This document shows, piece after piece, positions 1 to 7,478 of a stretch of DNA of 10,336 nt. Source of the DNA: Promethearchaeota archaeon (lineage in GTDB: Archaea > Asgardarchaeota > Lokiarchaeia > Sigyniarchaeales > SOKP01). Under the pieces are notes generated by a model. The model ran no database searches. It saw only the letters and a program-made list of their open reading frames with translations, and was not told the DNA's origin. A program made the translations under genes and the position numbers. The stretch is from NCBI GenBank assembly GCA_048941265.1, contig JBHLNT010000152.1, forward strand, positions 1 to 10,336, given 5' to 3'. Every line of letters begins with the position of its first letter. Position 1 is the stretch's first letter.

Positions 1-320
1 AAATTATAAATATCATGACAAGTTATTATCGTTTTTTTATAATTTAAAAATAAAGCTAAATCACCAAGAAATTGAAAGTGTATCTGGAAAACCGTATCCT
101 CTTCAGAATGCTTTGCAATATGATAACAATGATAAGGATATAGAAGGTATCGTTTTGAAATAAAGTCTAAAGGATTTTTAGGTGGTGTGTAATATTCATA
201 GCTTAGATTTATATCATTTTGAGTCTTTAAATATCGATCCTGTTCAATTTGTTTTCTTAAATCTCTCCAAATTTCATTAGGGTTATCTAGTATTCGACCG
301 ATAAATGATTTTATTTCCAT
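1..320 (-). CDS. Glycosyltransferase family 4 (GT-B fold), N-terminal part; runs off the left edge of the window
   Basis: Hand translation from ATG at 320 gives an open frame to position 1: MEIKSFIGRILDNPNEIWRDLRKQIEQDRYLKTQNDINLSYEYYTPPKNPLDFISKRYLLYPYHCYHIAKHSEEDTVFQIHFQFLGDLALFLNYKKTIITCHDIYN. The segment DTVFQIHFQFLG...KTIITCHD resembles the D-x-x-H-I...T-x-H-D pattern of GT4 N-terminal domains. It is absent from the ORF track, probably because there is no stop in the window. Confidence 0.72.
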   Translation of the reverse strand, partial: MEIKSFIGRILDNPNEIWRDLRKQIEQDRYLKTQNDINLSYEYYTPPKNPLDFISKRYLLYPYHCYHIAKHSEEDTVFQIHFQFLGDLALFLNYKKTIITCHDIYN

Positions 321-445
321 TCTCTTAAAATTTTAATGTTTTTGATAACTAGTGTTATGATTCAATAATATAATTTATTTTAAATAAACCATTAAGATAT
401 TCTTGTTAATTACTCAAAAAATATTAAAAAGATTTTATATCGAAA

Positions 446-769
446 ATGTATTTTAATAATATCATTAAAGTTTTGAATAAGAATTTTCAAATAAAAAGAT
501 TTTTAAAAGAAACAGAAGGATGTGATGTCTTGATAAAGAAATTAAATCAAGAAGAAGTAAGAAGGATCAATTCAGAATATCCCTATTTCTTAAAAAAGGA
601 AAATTTTGGGATAATTAAGCAGGGAAATAAATTAAAATCTCGTGAAATTATATCATGTCTAACTCTAATAAAGAAAGATATGAGTGATAAAAATTATGTA
701 AAATTAAATAAAATTAAATTATATATTAACGAGTTAGATGGAAAAATTATTAAAACGCTTCAAAGTTGA
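446..769 (+). CDS. Hypothetical protein, 107 aa, Lys/Ile/Asn-rich
   Basis: A 324-nt open frame in very AT-rich DNA, where stops are frequent by chance. It fills the gap between the divergent GT4 and the co-oriented dehydratase. No motif recognised, and the start is uncertain. Confidence 0.5.
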   Translation: MYFNNIIKVLNKNFQIKRFLKETEGCDVLIKKLNQEEVRRINSEYPYFLKKENFGIIKQGNKLKSREIISCLTLIKKDMSDKNYVKLNKIKLYINELDGKIIKTLQS

Positions 770-868
770 CAATAAGTTTACAATTTAAAAGGAAATTTAA
801 TCTTTTATTAAAATTTTAGGATATTATTAATAATAAAGTTAAAAATAAATAATAAATTTGATATTTAT

Positions 869-2026
869 ATGGTTACGGATAATCTTATACCAATTACAGA
901 GGTTATTGAAGAAAATCCACGAGTAATAGAGCTTGAAAAACAAGGATTTATCATAAAATCTAATACCATTGATGAATATTTAAAAAAATTTAAAAATCAA
1001 ACAACGGCATTACCTGATGAAAAATATTGGAAGGACAAGAGAATTCTTATTACTGGCATTAGTGGATTTGCAGGTAGTCATTTAGCTGAACAACTATTAG
1101 ATTTGGGATGTGAAATTCATGGAACGATACGCAGACATGCTGTACCAATGCATGAAAATATCGAACATTTACGCGGGAATATCATCCTTCATGAAGCGGA
1201 TATTACAAGTGCAGAGAGAATTTATGAAATATTTGATAAAATTCGACCGCATGCAGTATTTCATCTTGCAGCAGAATCGTTTGTTCCTACGTCTTTTAGA
1301 GAACCGGCACGAGTGTCTACCAATAACATTAAAGGAACGATTCAACTTTTTGAAGCAGCAAGGAGATTTGGCAATGAATTAGAGAGTATTCAAGTCGCAT
1401 GCAGTAGTGAACAATATGGGTTAGTGGATCCAGAAGAAGTGCCTGTAACAGAGGACTTAAAAAAAAATCCACTTCGTCCAAGGAGTGTTTATGGAATCAC
1501 TAAGGTAGCTACTGAACAAATTGCTTGGTTGTATCATAATTCCTATGGAGTGCCTTCAATTATCACACGAGGATTCAATCACGAGGGTCCTAGAAGAGGA
1601 ATTCAATTTGTAACTAGTGTAGTTCATAGACAAATTGTTGAAATTCTGAACCAGCAGCGAGATATTATTGTTATCGGGAATCCTAATTCTATTCGAGATT
1701 TTACTCATGTTAAAGATACTGTAAATGCTTATATTTTACTAAGTGAAAATAGAAAGTATGGTGAACCATATAATGTATGTAGTGGAAAAGGAATTAAAAT
1801 TGCAGATTATGTTGAGTTATCAAAAAAGATATTCAATATTTCTGCCGATATATACATAGATCCTAAAAGAATGAGACCAAGTGAAGTCCCACTATTAATT
1901 GGTAAAAATGATAAAATCGTAAAAGATATTGGTTGGAAGCCCGTAAGATCCATAATAGATATTATAAAAGATGGAGTTCAATATTTTCAAGACCATCCAG
2001 AACAATTAGGCATTGAAGCTCATTAA
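869..2026 (+). CDS. GDP-mannose 4,6-dehydratase-like extended SDR (GMD/RMD family nucleotide-sugar enzyme)
   Basis: Rossmann motif TGISGFAGSHL, GTIRRH (NADP-type RR), HLAAESFVPTSF, CSSEQYG, catalytic YGITK (YxxxK), FNHEGPRRG (cf. GMD FNHESPRRG), RDFTHVKD and RPSEVPLLIG. Confidence 0.88.
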   Translation: MVTDNLIPITEVIEENPRVIELEKQGFIIKSNTIDEYLKKFKNQTTALPDEKYWKDKRILITGISGFAGSHLAEQLLDLGCEIHGTIRRHAVPMHENIEHLRGNIILHEADITSAERIYEIFDKIRPHAVFHLAAESFVPTSFREPARVSTNNIKGTIQLFEAARRFGNELESIQVACSSEQYGLVDPEEVPVTEDLKKNPLRPRSVYGITKVATEQIAWLYHNSYGVPSIITRGFNHEGPRRGIQFVTSVVHRQIVEILNQQRDIIVIGNPNSIRDFTHVKDTVNAYILLSENRKYGEPYNVCSGKGIKIADYVELSKKIFNISADIYIDPKRMRPSEVPLLIGKNDKIVKDIGWKPVRSIIDIIKDGVQYFQDHPEQLGIEAH

Positions 2027-2058
2027 TCTATTAATATATTGATTTTAGGATCATTTAC

Positions 2059-2814
2059 TTATTTTATTGCTTCAATCACGATACTCTGCATATCAAAAAT
2101 CTCTTCAGAGTTTAATTCTTCTTTCCAATTATGACCTACATAAATGCCTCTACGCCTACGTTCAATGCAAGCTTCAGGATCTAATCCTTTTCCTATTTCA
2201 CATACTTTTACAGACTCAAAACCAATTTTATGAAGTACTTTTATCATTAGATTTGCACTCCATATAAACTCATGTCCATGTTTCTTAAAAAAACTATGAA
2301 ATAGAAATAGTTCCGGGTCTTCAAAAATACCATTCAAATCTAATTCCAGAAGTCTATTATTTTCTTCTTTAAAAAAAGGTAAAATTCTATTATTTAATAT
2401 TTTTTGACTATTAGGAGTTCTAAAGTCTATATTTTTTAAATTATCAATCATTGGACAAACCACTCTGAAAATACCTCCCTTTTTTAAAATTCTTTTTGAT
2501 TCTATCATAAAATTAATTGCTTCTAAAAAAGTTAAATGTTCTATAACATGTTCTGTAAAAATTACATCTACAGTTTCTTCGCTAAATTTTAATCGTTTTG
2601 TGATATCTTGCTCTAATTTAGTTAAAATTAACCAGTTAGGATTATTTGACCAATGGCCCCCAAAAACGATCTTTAATTTTTGATTTGATTTTAGTGATTT
2701 TATATATTTATTAATAAATCGTTTAGAAAAAAGTCTTCTTTTTAAGGCCTGGGGATTTGTCAATAATAATCTAATTAATATCTTAATTTTATTGAGCAGT
2801 CTTATATTTATCAC
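2059..2814 (-). CDS. Class I SAM-dependent methyltransferase-like protein of the type common in glycan loci
   Basis: DITKRLKFSEETVDVIFTEHVIEHL...ESKRILKKGGIFRVVCP is a typical Methyltransf_11-like core, followed by GHEFIW and LHKIGF. The GTG start is uncertain and motif I is degenerate. Confidence 0.75.
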   Translation of the reverse strand: MINIRLLNKIKILIRLLLTNPQALKRRLFSKRFINKYIKSLKSNQKLKIVFGGHWSNNPNWLILTKLEQDITKRLKFSEETVDVIFTEHVIEHLTFLEAINFMIESKRILKKGGIFRVVCPMIDNLKNIDFRTPNSQKILNNRILPFFKEENNRLLELDLNGIFEDPELFLFHSFFKKHGHEFIWSANLMIKVLHKIGFESVKVCEIGKGLDPEACIERRRRGIYVGHNWKEELNSEEIFDMQSIVIEAIK

Positions 2815-2882
2815 TTTTAAGCAGATATAGTTTAAAATAGCTTAAGTTTATTATAAAATAGATATAAAAGGATAAAAGAAAT

Positions 2883-3593
2883 TTACAAATTTAATACTTG
2901 TTTTTGGATCTGAATTAAATCAGAAATTCCTTTTTCTCCTAATTCTAAAAGCTCAATTAAATTTTTTCTACTAAATGGCGCACCCTCAGCAGTTCCTTGA
3001 ATTTCTATAAATTCCATGTCTTCATTCATAACAAGATTAAAATCCACATCAACCTTAGAATCCTCGCTATAATCTAGATCTAATAATAATTCAGAGTTTT
3101 TTATTCCTAAAGACACTGCTGCTGTTATTTTGTAATTAGGAAAGTCGTAAATTAATCGTTCATCATAAAGGTATTTCAAGGCATCGAAAACTGCTACAAA
3201 AGCACCCGTTATTGAGGCACATCTAGTACCACCATCTGCTTGAATTACATCACAATCTATCCGTATTGTACGCTCTCCTATTTTCTCAAAATTAAAAGCT
3301 GCTCTTATACTCCTTCCTATTAGGCGTTGAATTTCAATAGTTCTTCCCTTTGTTTTATCTCTACTATTTCTAACTTGAGTAGCGCGCGGTAGCATACTAT
3401 ATTCTGCCGTAATCCATCCTGTACCTGTATCTTCTAGAAATTTGGGGACATAATCTAAAATTGAGGCAGTTACAATTACTTTAGTATTACCTTGTGTGAT
3501 TAATACTGAACCTTCTGGATATTTAAGAAAATTTCTTTCGATTGTAGTATTTCTTATCTCATCATATTTACGACCATTTATTCTTATATTCAT
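2883..3593 (-). CDS. rph: Ribonuclease PH (tRNA nucleotidyltransferase), bacterial type
   Basis: [42 protein letters not shown], signature [26 protein letters not shown] and [11 protein letters not shown]; 236 aa. Confidence 0.96.
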   Translation of the reverse strand: MNIRINGRKYDEIRNTTIERNFLKYPEGSVLITQGNTKVIVTASILDYVPKFLEDTGTGWITAEYSMLPRATQVRNSRDKTKGRTIEIQRLIGRSIRAAFNFEKIGERTIRIDCDVIQADGGTRCASITGAFVAVFDALKYLYDERLIYDFPNYKITAAVSLGIKNSELLLDLDYSEDSKVDVDFNLVMNEDMEFIEIQGTAEGAPFSRKNLIELLELGEKGISDLIQIQKQVLNL

Positions 3594-3692
3594 CAGTCAA
3601 ATCTCATATCTGTTCTTTATTGATATAGATAAATTAATTATATAATTATTAATGTAAAAAACTTTCCAAATCAGCAAAATTACGATAAAGGT

Positions 3693-4772
3693 TTATTTGT
3701 ATGGATAAGAACCTAAAATTTTATACCAAATTACATTTTGATTCATCAGTTCTAAAACCTTTTGAATTTTAGGATCATCTTTATCTCCCTCAAAATCCAT
3801 GAGAAATATATATTCCCATTTTCCCTTTCTTCTTGGACGAGATTCTATTTTTGTTAAATTTACATTGGCATCAGCAAACAATTTTAATACACTGTACAAT
3901 GCACCAGGTACATGTTTTACAACATAAACTATAGATGTTTTAACTTTTTCTTTCTTCAAATTGTTTTCGTTTTTTGAGATAATTAAGAATCTTGTGAAAT
4001 TAGAAGGATTGTCTTCAATATTTGATTCTAAAATCTTTAAATTATAGATTTCACATACAATATCAGTTCCGATCGCTCCATTATTTTCACTATCTAAATC
4101 TTTAATTATTTTGACAGCCTCTGCAGTCGAATTTGTGCTTATTAACTTAGCTGTTGGTAATTTAGTTTTTATCCATGTGCTGGTCTGTGCAAAAGCCTGG
4201 GGATGAGAATAAATGGTTTTAATTTTTGAGATATGAGATTTATTCAATGAAATTAAATGATGAATAATTCTAAGTTCGATTTCGCCATAAATTATAAGGT
4301 TTTTATCAATTAATAAATCTAAAGGTTCTCTGACAGTGCCCTGAAGACTATTTTCGATTGGTATTACTCCGAATTCCAGTATATCTTTTTCAATATTTTC
4401 AAATATCCTTATTATATTTTTGCATGGAATAAACCTTGTCCCAGCCTTTGGAAAAAATTGTAATGCCGCTTGATGTGTAAAAGTTCCCTGTGGTCCTAAA
4501 TACCCTACTTTAGGTACAGATCCTTGAATGGCCTTGCATGCTCCAAAAATTTCTTTCCAAATAGATTCAATACTCTCTTGTTTCAGGATAGTAGATTTTT
4601 GTTTAATTCTGTCAATTATTTCTTTCTCTCTTTCCGGCTGAAATATCTCAATATTTTCTTTCTTTTTAATATCACCTATGATTTTTACTAGTTTCCCCCG
4701 TTTACTTAACAAATCTATGATCTTATCATCAATATCATTGATTTTTTTTCTGTTATTGTCAATTTCACTCAT
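3693..4772 (-). CDS. pheA: Bifunctional chorismate mutase / prephenate dehydratase (P-protein) with C-terminal ACT domain
   Basis: AroQ-type mutase domain (RKKINDIDDKIIDLLSKR...IGDIK...PEREKEI...Q). PDT motifs YLGPQGTFTHQAA, IPIENSLQG, SHPQAFAQ and NFTRF. ACT motifs PGAL, NLTKIESRP and LGSYP. Confidence 0.95.
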   Translation of the reverse strand: MSEIDNNRKKINDIDDKIIDLLSKRGKLVKIIGDIKKKENIEIFQPEREKEIIDRIKQKSTILKQESIESIWKEIFGACKAIQGSVPKVGYLGPQGTFTHQAALQFFPKAGTRFIPCKNIIRIFENIEKDILEFGVIPIENSLQGTVREPLDLLIDKNLIIYGEIELRIIHHLISLNKSHISKIKTIYSHPQAFAQTSTWIKTKLPTAKLISTNSTAEAVKIIKDLDSENNGAIGTDIVCEIYNLKILESNIEDNPSNFTRFLIISKNENNLKKEKVKTSIVYVVKHVPGALYSVLKLFADANVNLTKIESRPRRKGKWEYIFLMDFEGDKDDPKIQKVLELMNQNVIWYKILGSYPYK

Positions 4773-4961
4773 AACAGTTCAAAGAATGATTTTTATTATG
4801 ATAATTAATTCTTTTTTTTGATTTATCTATAAATATAATTTTTACAAGTAATATTAAAGCTTTTAGAAATATTTTAAAAAATCCATTTAAATATTTCAAA
4901 AGTCTAATATAGATTTTAGAAAATAATAGGAACTCTGTTAATTGCTTCAAATTACTAAACT

Positions 4962-5036
4962 TAAATCGATAAATTGAATTTTCTATTAAACTATTATTTA
5001 GGAATAAATATAAAATATCAAAAATTTATCGATTTA
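4962..5036. repeat. Perfect 14-bp inverted repeat with a 47-nt spacer
   Basis: TAAATCGATAAATT (4962-4975) is the exact reverse complement of AATTTATCGATTTA (5023-5036). The spacer holds a small hairpin TATTTA-GGAA-TAAATA (4995-5010). Confidence 0.7.
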
Positions 5037-5063
5037 TTGTATGAATACATAAGTTATTCAAGA

Positions 5064-6398
5064 ATGTCAAATTATATACCAAGAAAAATAATAGATCATT
5101 TATATCTTCTAGTTCCTACATGTTGTATCTCTTTTTGGGCTTTAATATCTTTAATAAAAGATAATTTTAACATACTTGGAGCCTCTGACTTTCCAGCTAT
5201 TTATTACGCTGCGAAATATATTTTTACAAAACCAGAATTGGTGTATTCAGATGCAATTCAGCCTCAATATCCTTATACTCCTTGTATAGCAACAATTTTT
5301 GCTCCTATCGCACTTTTATCTTTTGAGACAGCTCACTGGATTTATTTTATAATCACTTTACTTTTATCATATCTTCTGATAATAAATTTTGATCAAATTC
5401 TTAAAATCAAAAATGTAGATCGCAAGTTGCATCGCATTCTATTTCTTCTCGCAATTAGTAATGGTCTTAGATATGTACAACTCTTTGATTATTTAACTAG
5501 CAAAATGTGGACTGCTTGTTTTTTGATCATTTTTATTAGAAGAGAAATTGAATATAGAGAATTAAATAAAGATCGTGAAAATATTAAATACAAATTTGTC
5601 CAATGGATGATTTTAATTTTTGCAATAGGAATTAGCCCTCAATTTTTTTTTCTCATTTTCCTCTATTTATTTTATAATATAAAGTTTAAAGATATTTTTA
5701 CTAAAAAGCAAATTCAAAATTATTTACTAATGATTCTAGTTTTTACTATCCAAAATTTCATGATTTTTATTATATTTTTTGTAGCGCCAGAATCAATCTT
5801 TTTTTTCTTCGGAGGTTCATGGAGAGGAAGAAAGAAAGTTTATTGGCGTAATTTAACATATGAATATCTGATTAAAAATAGAGTTAGATTACCGACCGAT
5901 GTTATCTCTCATTTCTTCCAAGTTTTGTCTTTACATTATGATCTTTCAGCATTGAATTTTGATTTGTTATTACTATCTTTAATTATAATGAGTTTAATAA
6001 CGATTTTAATTCATCATAAAAAAAATTTAAAGCTTGAAGAAAAATTTGGTTATTTTAGCCTTTTCGCATTGTTATTTTATACAATGATTGCAGCACCACG
6101 TTATTATATTGTACTACTTCCTGCGATTGAAATATTATTTATTAAACACTTTGAAGACTGTGAAACTTTAACTAACTTTATCAAAACTAATTTCTTAATC
6201 TTATTAGGTTTAGTTTGTATCGTTTTACTATATTTCATGCCTGAAATACATTACTTAGCAAGAGTTTTTCCAATTATTATTAATATTCCAATTGAACTCG
6301 TATTATTACGGGCAGATTATATCTATGCTCTTTTAATGATCGTGATCATTAAATTGTCGCGACGAAAAATTCAAAACTTTGATTACCATGAAATTTAA
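5064..6398 (+). CDS. Polytopic membrane glycosyltransferase, GT-C fold, GT87/DUF2029-like (putative polyprenyl-phosphate-sugar-dependent transferase)
   Basis: After the first hydrophobic helix comes SDFPAIYYAAK...VY...YPYTP...IFAPIALLSFETAHWIYF, matching the DF-x-x-YY-x-A...Y-x-P...PLAL pattern of GT87/DUF2029 proteins. Many further hydrophobic segments follow. I prefer ATG 5064 (444 aa) over TTG 4974, which falls inside the inverted repeat. Confidence 0.72.
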   Translation: MSNYIPRKIIDHLYLLVPTCCISFWALISLIKDNFNILGASDFPAIYYAAKYIFTKPELVYSDAIQPQYPYTPCIATIFAPIALLSFETAHWIYFIITLLLSYLLIINFDQILKIKNVDRKLHRILFLLAISNGLRYVQLFDYLTSKMWTACFLIIFIRREIEYRELNKDRENIKYKFVQWMILIFAIGISPQFFFLIFLYLFYNIKFKDIFTKKQIQNYLLMILVFTIQNFMIFIIFFVAPESIFFFFGGSWRGRKKVYWRNLTYEYLIKNRVRLPTDVISHFFQVLSLHYDLSALNFDLLLLSLIIMSLITILIHHKKNLKLEEKFGYFSLFALLFYTMIAAPRYYIVLLPAIEILFIKHFEDCETLTNFIKTNFLILLGLVCIVLLYFMPEIHYLARVFPIIINIPIELVLLRADYIYALLMIVIIKLSRRKIQNFDYHEI

Positions 6399-6525
6399 TT
6401 TTAAATCTCTTATACTTGTTGGATTTTTTGAAGTATGGTATGTCTTCGCAGAAGTTATTACCATAGGCTTTGGATTCTTAATTAATTTTTGAGGTAATAA
6501 ATTTTGGACCTTTAGATATAAGAAA
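6388..6525 (+). pseudogene. C-terminal remnant of a GtrA-family (putative lipid-linked sugar flippase) gene with an in-frame TGA
   Basis: The frame from ATG 6388 reads MKFNFKSLILVGFFEVWYVFAEVITIGFGFLINF*GNKFWTFRYKK, with TGA at 6490-6492. The pattern 'WY-x-x-A...I...NF-x-x-NK-x-WTF' is the characteristic last-helix motif of GtrA proteins, and the similarity continues across the stop. Confidence 0.7.
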
Positions 6526-7269
6526 TTAAAAAAAGCGCCTCATATTAGAGTTCAAAAGGTATCTCCTTTTCCATAAAATTCTCAAATTAAGTGGTAAAAA
6601 TAATGCTTTTATTGCTTCTCTGAACATTGAAGTTTTTGAATTACCGATTTCTCTGTCTTTAAAATATATTGGAACCTCTGATAATTTAGCTCCATGTTTA
6701 TACGCATAATATACACTCTCGATTAAAAATAAATTTTTCTTGGAATATTTATAATCTTTAATTTTCTCCCACAATTGCTTTTTAATCGCACGATATCCTG
6801 TTGAAAAGTCTTTAATATTAATTTTGAGCATTGCTGAAAGATAATACCCTCCTAACTTGCTTAATATATAATAACTAAAGCGTGTATCACTTTCTCCTCC
6901 CGGAATGTACCTAGAACTCATGACCATATCTTTCCCATTTTTAATTCTAAGTACAAATTCAGGAATCTTTTCTGTAGGATGTGATAAATCCGCATCCATA
7001 GAGATTATTAGATCACCCTTGGCGTAATTATAGCCCTCTATATGTGCAGTGCCAATACCCATCAATTTCTCTCTAACAATTAAATGAATATTTTTCTGAG
7101 AGTTTTGAAGTATATGAATATCATGTATTGTTCCATCTATACTATTATCATCAACTACTATTATTTCATAATTATAGTTGTTCTCCTTTGATACCTTGTT
7201 GATTTCCTCTATTAATCGAGAAATATTCCCATGTTCGTTGTATGTTGGAATTACAAAACTAATTTTCAT
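6526..7269 (-). CDS. GT2 polyprenol/dolichol-phosphate mannose synthase-like glycosyltransferase (DPM1/Ppm1-like)
   Basis: VIPTYNE, IIVVDDNSIDGT, GIGTAHIEG, DXD motif MDADLSHP, SRYIPGG, IKDFSTGYRA and EVPIYFKDREIGNSK; 247 aa. The sugar specificity is inferred. Confidence 0.88.
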   Translation of the reverse strand: MKISFVIPTYNEHGNISRLIEEINKVSKENNYNYEIIVVDDNSIDGTIHDIHILQNSQKNIHLIVREKLMGIGTAHIEGYNYAKGDLIISMDADLSHPTEKIPEFVLRIKNGKDMVMSSRYIPGGESDTRFSYYILSKLGGYYLSAMLKINIKDFSTGYRAIKKQLWEKIKDYKYSKKNLFLIESVYYAYKHGAKLSEVPIYFKDREIGNSKTSMFREAIKALFLPLNLRILWKRRYLLNSNMRRFF

Positions 7270-7478
7270 TACAGCAATCAGTATTCAATTATGATTTTAG
7301 AAATAATTATCATTTAAAATTGGAAAAATAATTATTTTTTGTATATTAAATCCTTATTTCATTTTTAATAAATATTAATACTTTTTTCAAAATTGTTTTT
7401 TCTTAACTCCTTTTTTTTATCATTATTTAGTTGAACATTTTCAGTATTGATTTTCATATTAAAAATTCTTAATTTTTC

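Noticed and set aside
1110-1382. 90-aa alternative-frame ORF
   Set aside because: Lies wholly within the well-supported GMD-like gene and has no motifs.
2067-2267. 66-aa antisense ORF
   Set aside because: Shadow of the methyltransferase-like gene.
4765-4950. 61-aa ORF upstream of pheA with six Phe codons, considered as an attenuator leader peptide
   Set aside because: It has a TTG start and overlaps the pheA start. The Phe codons are scattered at a level expected in AT-rich DNA, and no terminator/antiterminator hairpins are visible.
6490-6492. In-frame TGA in the GtrA fragment as selenocysteine or a recoded stop
   Set aside because: The position corresponds to a hydrophobic helix residue, not a catalytic Cys. 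I identified no SECIS. The fragment also lacks its N-terminal two-thirds, and no intact gene in the window needs TGA read-through.
7324-7339. 16-bp palindrome AAAAATAATTATTTTT (and the similar TAATTATATAATTA at 3635-3648)
   Set aside because: They consist only of A/T in extremely AT-rich intergenic DNA, so they cannot be distinguished from chance.
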